From: Bispira polyomma | Taxonomy: Eukaryota | NCBI GenBank assembly: GCA_965649765.1 | Contig: OZ287752.1 | Coordinates: forward strand, 24,986,001 to 25,050,000 | Direction of reading: 5' to 3' | DNA length: 64,000 nt | Shown: positions 39,401 through 51,400 of the stretch, piece by piece | How positions within the stretch are numbered: position 1 is the first letter of the stretch | Layout: each line of letters opens with the position of its first letter | The notes under the pieces: generated by a model | Seen by the model: the letters and a program-made list of their open reading frames with translations, nothing else | Databases searched by the model: none | Told to the model about the DNA's origin: nothing | Made by a program: the position numbers and the translations under genes

Positions 39401-42400
39401 CTGAGAAGAAGGAATGATTTGATTTGTCATTGTGTGATTGGTCACTCAGGCATAATAGAAGTATATGAACTGAAGTGCTCTTCCCCTGTAGGGTAGCAGG
39501 TGGTTGCTAGCCGCAGGTTCAAAATAGTGTAAATTGTCTCCGGCAGTGTCAAAACCGGTTGTTTTTTGTAGGTGATTGCTTGAATAGGTTACACTGTAAT
39601 TTGATTTATACTTCACCCAGGGAATCAATCATTACTCCAAGTTTCTACTACTGGATTGTCAGCAAAGACAGAAAAAAAGATTTAATGTATGCCAACAAAA
39701 GTGGATCTCATATGTAATCTGATAACTACACATTTATGTAGAAAATGGATATCAGATTTATACAATAACGTAAAACAGAACAGTATAATCCATTGCATTG
39801 AAGTGTTCTTTGTAGAATTGTAACTTTCACTGAAATAGGTAAAATAGAACAGGTGAATCATACAACAATTCATCAACAATCATAACAATGATTTTACTAG
39901 ATTGTAGACACATTAATGTCTGATATTTATATTTTAATTTTAGCTCTCCCACAATCAGTCAGTCTTTCTTCCAAAGAGTTTGTAGTTGAAGGTAAATCTA
40001 TACATCTCCAGTGTACAGTTCCCTCTATCTACCCTGGAAAAGAGTCCACAGAGTTAAGACTGAAGGTTGGTACCCAGTACTACACACCAGGTACAGAGAC
40101 TGAGGAGACAGATGATATTAACATAAAGGTTACTGCAAGTTTTACTTTGTCATTCAACCGTGAGCAGCAAGATGATGCAGTAAGTTGTGCAGTCACTTGG
40201 ATGGGAGGGACGAGTATGGAAACAGTGAAACAGTCAGATACACAGAGACTGGATGTTTATTGTGAGTGAGATCAATCTATTACTTTTTGTCAGACAGTTG
40301 TTTTTAATATTGTACTTCTGATTTTCTTAAGACATAGTGTCAAATAAAAGGATACCATAAATGACTCTATATTGGCATTTATAGGTGATACTAATATATG
40401 AATTTGTAGTATTAATAGAACTACAAAGTACTTAAACAAAAGAAAAAATAAGCGTATTACCTCACTGCCAACATAAAAATGGTTTTGGCTCATTTACTTT
40501 AGGGTATTAAACATTTCTGCACTATATATTAATCATGAGGTTATCATAGTTATCTCTTACTGAGCATTAATTTTGGACCCATTCCACAGAACAAGACTAC
40601 CTTTCCAACCAACGTAAAAATCGCTTGAGCTCATTTAAACAAAAAAACATTGCAGTTATCATAACCAAATTTAATTTAATTATTTGATTTACAACTAGCG
40701 AGTACTTCAATTTAATTATTTGACTTACAACTAGCAAGTACTTTAAAAACTAGAAACTGAACTCATATTGGAGGCATTACTTCGATTGGCTGATTAAAAT
40801 ATACTTCGCTTTAAAATTCATTTGCAAACAAGTAAACAACCACGCCACTACATCTGGGCCTTACAAAATGGTGAGAATGTTTTGCAAACAATGTGGTAAT
40901 TAGTGTGTCAAGTGTCAGGTGTAGAGGTAAGAAACTAGAATGGTGGAAGGTAAACCAATTTTCACATGCTTTCCTAATAACAATGTAGCACTTGGTCATT
41001 AGTTTTGATTGCTTTAATTATACATGTATTAGCCAACTGATTTTATATTTGTTGCATTAAAACATGTTTATTGTTTACAATTGTTAAGATCCCCCTACAT
41101 CAGTTACCAAACCTACTGTCTTCGCTCCATCACCACTGTTAGAAGGTACAGAAGTGAATGTCACTTGCACAACAAACAGTTACCCCAGTCCTAGACTAAG
41201 ATTGTACAGGCAGGGGACTACTGGGAAACTCAAACAAGTAAATGATAACACACTGAGTTGGGTTAAGACATTGACTAGAAGTGACAATGGAGTTCAACTT
41301 TACTGTAAAGCTGATGATGATGGATTGTATACAGGATGGGAATTTGATGTGACATCAGAAAGACTGCGAATAGATGTTTTGTGTAAGTGCTATAAATTCT
41401 ACTAAATTTTAGGAGCACTTAGTGAATTAAAACTTTATCTTGCTGCTGACATTACAGATTTTAACAGATGTCCCTTGTGGTGTATGTTTTGTTTTGCTTA
41501 TAATAACAGTGTTTTCAGGGCTGATAAATGTCATACTGAATAAAAGCCCAGAATTTAAAAATTTCATTATCAACCTTTTACTAAAATAATAGAAGTATTC
41601 TGGCAGAAAAACTGTATATATCAGAAGGAAAAACAACTTATACAGTACAGTAACTATTTTTGTTTATTATAACAATTGTGACTACCACACTAACTATTCG
41701 TAAAGCTTCTAGAGATATAGTACAGGAATAAAGACACATATAACTTTAAATGTAAGTCATCAAGATAAATGATTGCACATATAAATGTCCTTCTATAATT
41801 CAGTAATTGCATACATTCATCTGTATATACTTATTTGTATTTTGTTTTTTATATCACATTTGTAGGCATGTACTAAACCCTGAAAATGTTTGCATTTTAG
41901 TTATCATTGGATGAATTCTCTGTTGCTGACTAGTAAACAAAGTAAAACGTTCACTACAACCATTATTAATGGTATTGTCTTTGTTTTAGTTGAGGCAACA
42001 TCAGTATCAATAGAACCAGTCTTCTCATCACCACTTAATGAGGGTGACACCAATCAGATCATATGTGAAACAGAAGCAAATCCTGCTCCAATACTAACCT
42101 TGTACAGAGGTACAGATTTAGAGAAAGTACAAATAGACAGTAGTTTACAGACAAACATTACAGTCCAGAGAGAGATCAATGGGTTAAAATTCTACTGTAC
42201 AGCTACATCATCAGATACTGATGTTCTAGAGTACAGTGTGACATCAGTTGGTGTGTATTATACAGTGATATGTAAGTATGAATGCTTCACTACATTCAAT
42301 CTGTAATATCTCATTTTATGTAAAACATCAATGACTTAATATAATACACTTATAACTAAACACCTACCACTTGATGCAACATTATCTTTGGTTTTTAATG

Positions 42401-45400
42401 GGAAAAGTGTCTTTATTTATTTGTGTACCCATTTTGTTTTGTGTATATTTAAATCTAGCTTTACTATTTTTTTTAATCATTTTGGCAATGCATGGTATCT
42501 GCTGTTAGAGTTGATCAATTAACAGGAGGGACAAAATTTGAAGTGGTTTGCCATGTCACACCACTACTAGAGCTTTTTCTGTGTCCCTTTTGATGAATTT
42601 ACTCACAATAATTAGCAGTTTAAACTGTTAGATCAGATAGTTTGTTCGTTATTAAGATTTACTTACGATTTGCTTGCATAATAAAGCTATTATCTTGATA
42701 CTCTCTATTTAGAATTAGTCAGCATTGAAGTCACCACTACACAAGTTGTGCTCAAACCATTTAACACATTATTTATCCACATGTGACTATCGTTACAAAA
42801 TATATTTTTTCCAGTTTAATGATATTTGTTTTATTTTATGATTTAGAACTTAAATGATTTAGTACTGTATTTGAATATTGTGACCGATGATATTTTGACA
42901 CAACCGGTATTTTGAGAATTAAGGTGTTGCCAAAATATCCGTTGATATGCCACAATGACATTTCGGGTTGCTGAATGGTGTTTTTGTGAAATGGTTTTGT
43001 AAGTTAATCTTACCACTTGAATTATGCAGAAGTGTTCCTAAAGTAACAAAAAACACCACAGAAATACAATGAACCACTTTATATATGTTTCAAAATTGTA
43101 TTACCAAACTAATTTCTTAAATGTTCCTGCCAAATTACTTCTTCAAGGGCCTCCTGTCTCAGTCCACACAAAAAATTTATTCTCCACCTAAATTCATTAT
43201 TCAGCTGCTATAGCTAACCCCTTCTTTCTTTTGCCCACCCTCTATTAACCAATAACAACCCTTTATACATTGCATCCAAGCTTTACCTGATGGAATCAGT
43301 TTTATTATTACTTTGAACTGCAAACACAAAGGATGTTCAATCAACATTTTGGTTGACATTTTATTGACCACTGGAATTAATTTTACATAAGGTGTATCGG
43401 TATGGTTAATATAATATTGTGCAAGTATGGGAAGAACGAAAAAGAAACCACTTCACAATATCATGAACCCAATAAACCAACCATAAGAAAGAATACAACT
43501 CAAGAAAAGATTTTGCAAGAACAAGCGTCAGGTAGCCAGGTAAAAACTAACATTCTGGCAAATACATACATCCCACTGGCAGCAGCTCAGAACCCATTAG
43601 ATCGGTCATCTGATAACGTTCACATTGAAACAGTTGGTAATCAAATTACACCTCAAGCTATGTCAGAGAATGCAAACTATAACCATCCGGCTGCATATCA
43701 GTCCTTAGCTCAGCTGTTGGTGCCACCGTTAGTGAAGAACTGCTAACGTTCAGATCAATATAAGACTGGAAAGGATTGAAGGAAAGGCATGAAACTCTAC
43801 TCCACTCGGGCCCCAACTAATGAGATTCATAATGGCATGCTGTTTGAACCTAGGACCAACAACACGAGCACACCAAGATGGGATTGTTCCCAACCTGGAG
43901 ATGTTGCGTGCAATCCCTAATGTGCAAACAGCAGTCAACAAACAAATGGTTGGTTACCAGATAGCTTCTCAGAGAGAATTGTACCAAGGTAAGGTTAACC
44001 CTCGCCTGTGTTCAGGACTTTTTAACAATACAGATGGGACATCGACCTCAAGCGTAGAGGGCCCAACGAAGGTTGGGTGGGGGGTTATGCCAAGAAAAAA
44101 ACAACGTTCAACGACCTCTTGCTCATTTAATAGACTGCTGGCCAGTTAACTAATGCCCTACTTATATCCGACATTGGAAAATATGTTGCAATACTTAACA
44201 TGAGCGAAAGTAAAAACAATTTTTTGTTTAGGAAACAATCGTGAGATATGGCTTTTAAAACAATTTGCAGGACAACAGAAGATCCAATTTGGATTACTTC
44301 AATTTCAAAATTGTAGATGCTGTCCATAGCTGCAACACAAACAAAGCTGCTATCAGTATTACAAATGATATATATATTTCCTTATTATTACACTTCTAGA
44401 TCAACAATGACTTACAACTACTGCTTACAACTACTGCTTACTTTCTCTTCCTAACAAGTGTAACCATTCTTAAATCAAAACTTTTTAAAACTTTGTATAA
44501 TATCCAACACGTGTGTCCTTAACGAAAACCAAATGAAGAACTTTTGATATGAAAGCATACACATATGTCACAACCAAATAAACAGCCGAAATTGTGATGT
44601 CTCAAACGAAGTTAAAGCTTCAAGGGAACAATGACTTTAAATGGTTATAAATATAAAACAAACTCTATTTTTTTGGTGCTTTTAATGTTGTAATATGTCG
44701 TTCATAGTTAGCATTCGAACAGACATGACCCTTTTAGGCAGTTTAACTTACACAATTAAGGACTCATTTCATCATTTCTAATAGCTTAGGATACATAACT
44801 TAAAAGGATGTGTGAGCATATATATTTGCTTCAATGTGACATGTTTTTGTGAATAATAAATTTTTATTATGAATAAAATATGTACAGCTTAAACCCTATA
44901 TAATTGTTACTCAAGTCGTTTATTGTATAAATACTGTTTGATAGTGCTGGTGAATCAAAAACTGATTTATTTTGAAACAAAATGTTCATGCCATCTTGTT
45001 TTCATATGTTAACAGTTTCACCAAATTCCAACACCTTGAATCCTGAAGCATCCGATGCAGTACTAGCGGGAAGTAACAAAACACTGACATGTACAACAGG
45101 AAGCAGTAACCCTGTCAGTTATATGGTGTGGGAGAAGAGAGGGACAGAGGTGACATCTGGTGTGACATCACAGATACAGGATGGAGAGTATGGAGGAAAA
45201 GTGTTAAAAAGTAGTTATACATTTACAGCTGGGAAGTCAGATAATGGGTTACTGGTGTCATGTACTCCAGTGTGGGAAGTAACAGACGTTATACAATACA
45301 GAAGAGAGGTCAATATCAATGTCAGATGTAAGTAATATACACACTTTTTGATCAATGATTATAGTGATGTTAGACATACAACATTATTTACTACTATGTT

Positions 45401-48400
45401 ATTACTACTACATATCTAAATATATATATGTTTACCATACAATAGAGTTCATGTGATTAATACTGCACACTGACAATACAGATATTTGCAACATAAATAT
45501 AACATTCAAGAGACTACACAAAATAATTCCGTGATACAATGTGGCTTTGATTATTTAATTGTAGAATACAACTCTGACAACTGGTATATTTTTCAGAAGA
45601 TATTGTGAAGAATTATTACTGCAGTATTTAGTGATATTGTATTCATGATATTGCTATTTTTAAAATATAGATAACTTTCAACAAGCCTCATTCGTTGGTT
45701 TACTCATTAGAATAATATATAAGCATTCTTAATATCATAATCATACAGTTTATCATCACTAATACCTCTCATCGGTCACATTTACACAAATAGTCACTTC
45801 TAATATGTCACCAATAAAACTGTGACGAAAACTACATGTCAGAATATTTTGAAATGTTTAAGAACTGTCTTGAAAAATGAGGATTAGTAGCTCCGCAAAA
45901 AATGTATGAAACTGTTGAAAAATAGCAACCTGGTTGTGCCATCTGGCAGGCTCCAGGGTCGTTTTCCCATTGTAGTTACATTTCCATAAGTCTGCTAAAA
46001 TTGGGATTAGTGACCATAACTAACTAGTTTGTGTACATTTTTGTGGCCAATTGTTTATAAAAGTGAAGATTAGTGAACGTAAGTGTACATTCACTAGTGT
46101 AAGTGTAAATAATAATGTGAAATATTGTCTCATATCCCTCATTCATTAGAGTTTTTGACTTATAGGTCATATATATATTTAAGCTAGCCAAAAAAACAAC
46201 CCGAAATAACCATTAGTAACATTGAATCAGAATAAGACATCTGTGAGTGTAGCATGTTGTAGCATGATATTAAAAGTACCTGAACAACTTATTTATTCCA
46301 ATAGTTTCAGCACAGAACAACTGAAAATACAATTTCACTTATTTAGTTTTAGAATAAGATTATAAAGTTACAGGAGCAAGATGTTATGTTAACCAACACA
46401 ATAGAGAAGCCTGTTAAAATCCATACTATGGTTTAGTGGTAAGAGAAGTGATAGGAAATAGGTCTCTGTGGTAGCCATAATGATGCAGGTGGATACAATT
46501 ATTATTTGTCACTTATTTTTAATGGTATGTTTTATAATTTATTATATAATGACAACAGAGACAGATTTGGCATTTGTTATATTCATGTTGGTATTAATTG
46601 ATTGTGTATCTCTTATTTTATGAAGTTTCTCCAGCGGTAACAGTTGAGGCTACGCCTTCTCCGATAGATGAGGGGTCAGGTATTGCTATTAATTGTACTA
46701 TAACTGATGGCAACCCCAAGTCACTTACAAGTCTATCCTGGGAATTTAAACCCAAGTACCCCGACAGTCAGTCCCAGGCTGTACCGACAAATAACAGAGA
46801 ACTGATGATAGAGAACACAGTGTACACTGATGCAGGGACTTATAGATGTACTGTAGGGAATACAGTGGGAAGTGATACAGGGGAGATACAGATTGTTGTA
46901 CATTGTAAGTTATTATGTAAATGTACTGCAGGGAATACATTGGGGAGTGATACAGTAAGGATAGAGATTGTTGTACATTGTAAGTAATTATGAAGTTGTA
47001 CTTTAGGGAATACAGTGGGGAGTTATACAATAGAGATACATATAGTTGTACATTGTAATTATGTACATTTACTACAGAGCATAAAGGGGGGGGAGTGTTA
47101 CAGGGGGGATACAGCTAGTTGTACTTTGTAAGTAATTATGTAGATGTAGCAAGGCAATGCAGATTGTTGTACATTGTTAATAATTATATAGATGTTCTGC
47201 AGGGAATAAAGTGAGGAGTGATGCAGGAGAGATACAGATTTTTTACTTCGTAATTATGTAGATGTACTGCAGGTATTACAGTCGGAAGTGATACAGGACA
47301 GATAAGCATTTGTGTACATTGTAAGTAATTACTATGTAGATGTGCTGCAGAGAATACAACTTAGACGAATGAGGATTAAATAAATCTGGTTGTGAATTGT
47401 ATGTGGCATACCATTATTGTTGTATACGATTCTAGAACATGCGTAATATTTACATAGTTGCATTAAAGTTCAAGTACATTGGCAAATGAGTTTTGGTTTT
47501 TATACCATTTGTTATCTGCTCATTTATTTATAGATCCACCACAGTTGGATGGCATGGATAATCTGGTATTCTTTTCTGGATTAAATGAGAAAGTCATCCT
47601 CAGTTTGAAATTGAGAGCTTTTCCAGAGTTCACAAATCTAGAATCAGCATTTACCTGGATAAAGCCACTTGGTGTAAATAGCAGCGATGCTGTAGTTGGT
47701 TCCTCCAGACTAAGTGATGAGGTATTTGAATCTCTTTTCACCATAAACTCTGTAATGCCAAGAGATTATGGGAATTACGCAGTGTCTGCAGATAATGGAG
47801 TGAAGGGGGCTGTCAAGTTTACACTGGAACTTCAACAAAATGGTACACATCCATCCTAACTTCTATTATTTAACTTCTAAGTTAATGAGATTTTATCAGA
47901 AACTATGAACACATACGACAATATTGATATAACATACACAATCATGTCTACTACTGTGGCCTAGTAGACATGACACTCTTTTAGCGCTAATCCGAAGGTA
48001 CAGATAGGAGCTCACTGAGCACTTATATTAGGGGATCTCAATCATTGAGTCTCATATCAACTGGCTAAAACAATGGGGTTGTTTAAAATTTATATTCTAA
48101 AGCCTATATCTTATTTCAAGAAACTATTATATAGTTGTTCTGTTTCCACTTTTATAGTGATGAAATGGTTACTTTGGGCTTTAAATCTTGTGTAAGAGGA
48201 TGTATTACCCTACGGTTAAATGTGAATCAGATCATTGGCTTAGAATTAAACAATGTCATAATATAAACTTGTGACAGTGGAAGTGTGTTCTTTCATCAAT
48301 CAAAATGGATAACAAAGTAATTACAGATGATGTATTGGCCACCATATCCCTTTCGTATTTTCTGCATCAAGTTATCTTGGTCAGTATATAATTAACAAAT

Positions 48401-51400
48401 TATCCTCTATGACTCTTTCTTTGACTGATTATTTAATTACCAATTGTAATACAAGACCATTTGAATGTGCATTACTGTAAAAGTACTCACTATAAAAAGT
48501 ACTTGTCTCTTTTATATAATTTCAATTGCTGTTTTATGAAAATTTCATTACTGAAAACAAACTCAAACTACTTTCTAATTGGATATTAGAAGTTCTTCTA
48601 TGCAGCAAATCACATGTATTACATTTGTAGGTCCACCTGAAGCTGCCCGCGATGTGTCAGTTAAGGCCAGGGCGGCTGAAGAGGCTGTCGTATCTTGGGT
48701 TGTTGGATTAAATGGGGGAAGTATCCAAACTTTTAAAATCGTGCTGAAAAACACATCATCCAAGGAAAATGTTACTTTTGAGACAGACTTTTTGGATCCA
48801 CCTTCAGGAAAATATTTGGAATCAAACATAACAAATCTGAAGGCAGAGACTAAATACAAATTACACATTGTCAGTATAAACTTGTACAATGGAAGCAGTG
48901 AAACAAATAGTGATGAAGTGGCACTGATAACAAGAGGTGAGTAAGGTTATGTTATCATTACTAATTAGTACTAATTAATACAATAGTATTTCATCCTAAT
49001 TTTCATTCGAATAGATTACCAGCAGTTAGCACGTGTTGAGTCAGGGAATGATTTACCTAGTAATGTGAGATATCACACTGATTCTAGTTGCTTCCAAATT
49101 AAACTTAAATACAGAACTTTTATTACCCTTAACATCTTCTTACTTTCCGTCTTTGTGCTTTAAGGTAGTAACATCATTTTCAATGGAATGGACTTTTCAG
49201 GTTTCAATAAATAAATAAATATATGTACTTTTGTAATAATAAAGACGAAACCAATGACAAAATGGAGGACCGATGCATGTTGAAGATAACTGTAATACAT
49301 TTTCCGTGAAAAAAATAAAATTTAAATTTAAAGAAGTTGTTTTGGCAGCCATAATGTTTTGTTTTTAAAAATGAGGCCAAAGTTCAGCAGGAGAAAGATT
49401 TTGTAGGACAATCCCTTCTTGGTGTTAACAAGTTGCTTCAAATGAAATATACAATAGAACAGTAATGCTACAGTAATTAAGATTAAGTTGATTTTTTTTT
49501 TAAATAAGTATATAATTTACAACAAGTGAAAAAATATTTGTTTAATGACAACAATCAGTTAAGAATAACAATCATGGTGGAGCAGTCAAAGTATCCTGAA
49601 AATTAGGTGAGGCTGGCCCCAATAGTAGTATTGAGGCAAACTGTTAACTTTGGTAAAGAAATCTCTATTGGCTTTTCTGTTAATGATATAGATCATTTTT
49701 AAGGAAGTTGTCGTAGCGGCCATCTTTTTTTACAAGTGAGGCCAAAGTACAGCAGGAGCAAGCTATTATAGCAATAAACATATCCTCAAAATGTTGGGAG
49801 GCTACACGCAATATTATTCCTGTCAGACCATTAATAAAGAAAATCTCTATATACAGCATTTAAAACAAAGTATTCACAGTAGATAAACTAGCAACAGCCC
49901 ACACCACCAGGCACGGTTTTGAGAAGATCATAAAATATATGTAGACAAATGTCAGAATTATATTTTTGTAACTCAAGTATTCTATCAATACTAAAGTAGG
50001 ACACCCACAACCCTCAAACACAGTTGAGTTTTGATATTATAGATTATAACATGGTTTTATTAAATGAGACAGCTTACTATTGTGGACATTATGTTAAAGG
50101 ATAGCACTTTTAGTGCTAACGATCAGTAATTAAAGTATCGACCTTGTAGAATAGTAAAATGATAGATGAGAAATTATTCTAAAAGGATTAGTTATTAAGT
50201 ATATAAATGAAGTAGTCACCTTTGAGTAATTCAATTTATATTTTATTTTACCCACATTAAAATGTATTTTGATGAAAACCAATTAATCAATATAAGATTC
50301 ATATTACAGCCAAGCCCAATATAAAACAAGAAAGACTACTTGTTGATATTGATGGATCCACTGCAACATTGACTTGGGAATATACAGTTTTAGAATCAGA
50401 TTCCACTGTAGTGATTATAGAACAGTGTAGATCATCAGGAGATTGTATAGAGCACAATGTGACAGATAACACAGACCAGAGGTTAGAGGTTACTGTGACA
50501 GGTGGAAACGTCTTCTACTTAGTTATCTATTTGGATGGACTGCAGGCTTACAGGAGTGAGGAGTTCAATCAAATGTTGCCCAAATCAACAGAAGCCCCGG
50601 GTAAGCACCATAGAGTTAAAGATTTCACTGATATATCTAAACACACATCAAATCGAAATTGAGCATGGGGATGTTTGATAAACCTTTATATTACATTGAT
50701 ATAAGATATTGTCTAATGTCATTCTTTTTACATGCACATATAACAAATTGAACTTCTGTTGCACATTAAATCTTCATTATTTAAATAACTCATATTCCCC
50801 TTGGCAATAAAATCCTCGGTAAAAATGTGCCACTATGGCATTAATTAAACAAAGTAGAATAAAATTGTTTTTAAAAACACTAAATTTAAAAAAAATAACT
50901 ATTATTATATTTACTAAACTTGTTGCAAAACTTACTTAAATCTATCTTTTATTCTTAGGCAACTATTTTTTCCTCAGAATATTTTAACACAGATAACATG
51001 ATATAGGGATGTCTTTGGAACCTTGAAGTAGCATTTCTAAAGAAAATAACATTTATCCATTAGCAAATAGTTGTGAGGGCAACACAATAAACAAATCATT
51101 AATGTGTTTCTACTTTATTTTTCAGAACACATATCTGTAAATGATTTAAATATATATTATTCTTATATGCAAGTTGTTGTAATTTACATTGTGATCTACA
51201 ATATCATTCAAAGGAATTGGTAATTTGAAAACCATTTGTTTTTTATAATTTTCAGATGTAAAATCACTGCCTGTTGGTGAAATTGTTGGTGGAATCATTG
51301 CTGTTGCTGCTATTGTTATTATTGTATTACTAAGCATTTGGGTTTGCAGGAAAAAAAGACAACCAAAAGTATGTAGAATTGATGCTACATGGTGTTAATG

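Noticed and set aside
46841-47360. CRISPR-like array
   Set aside because: Eukaryotic context; the units are contiguous decaying copies of exon sequence without unique spacers.
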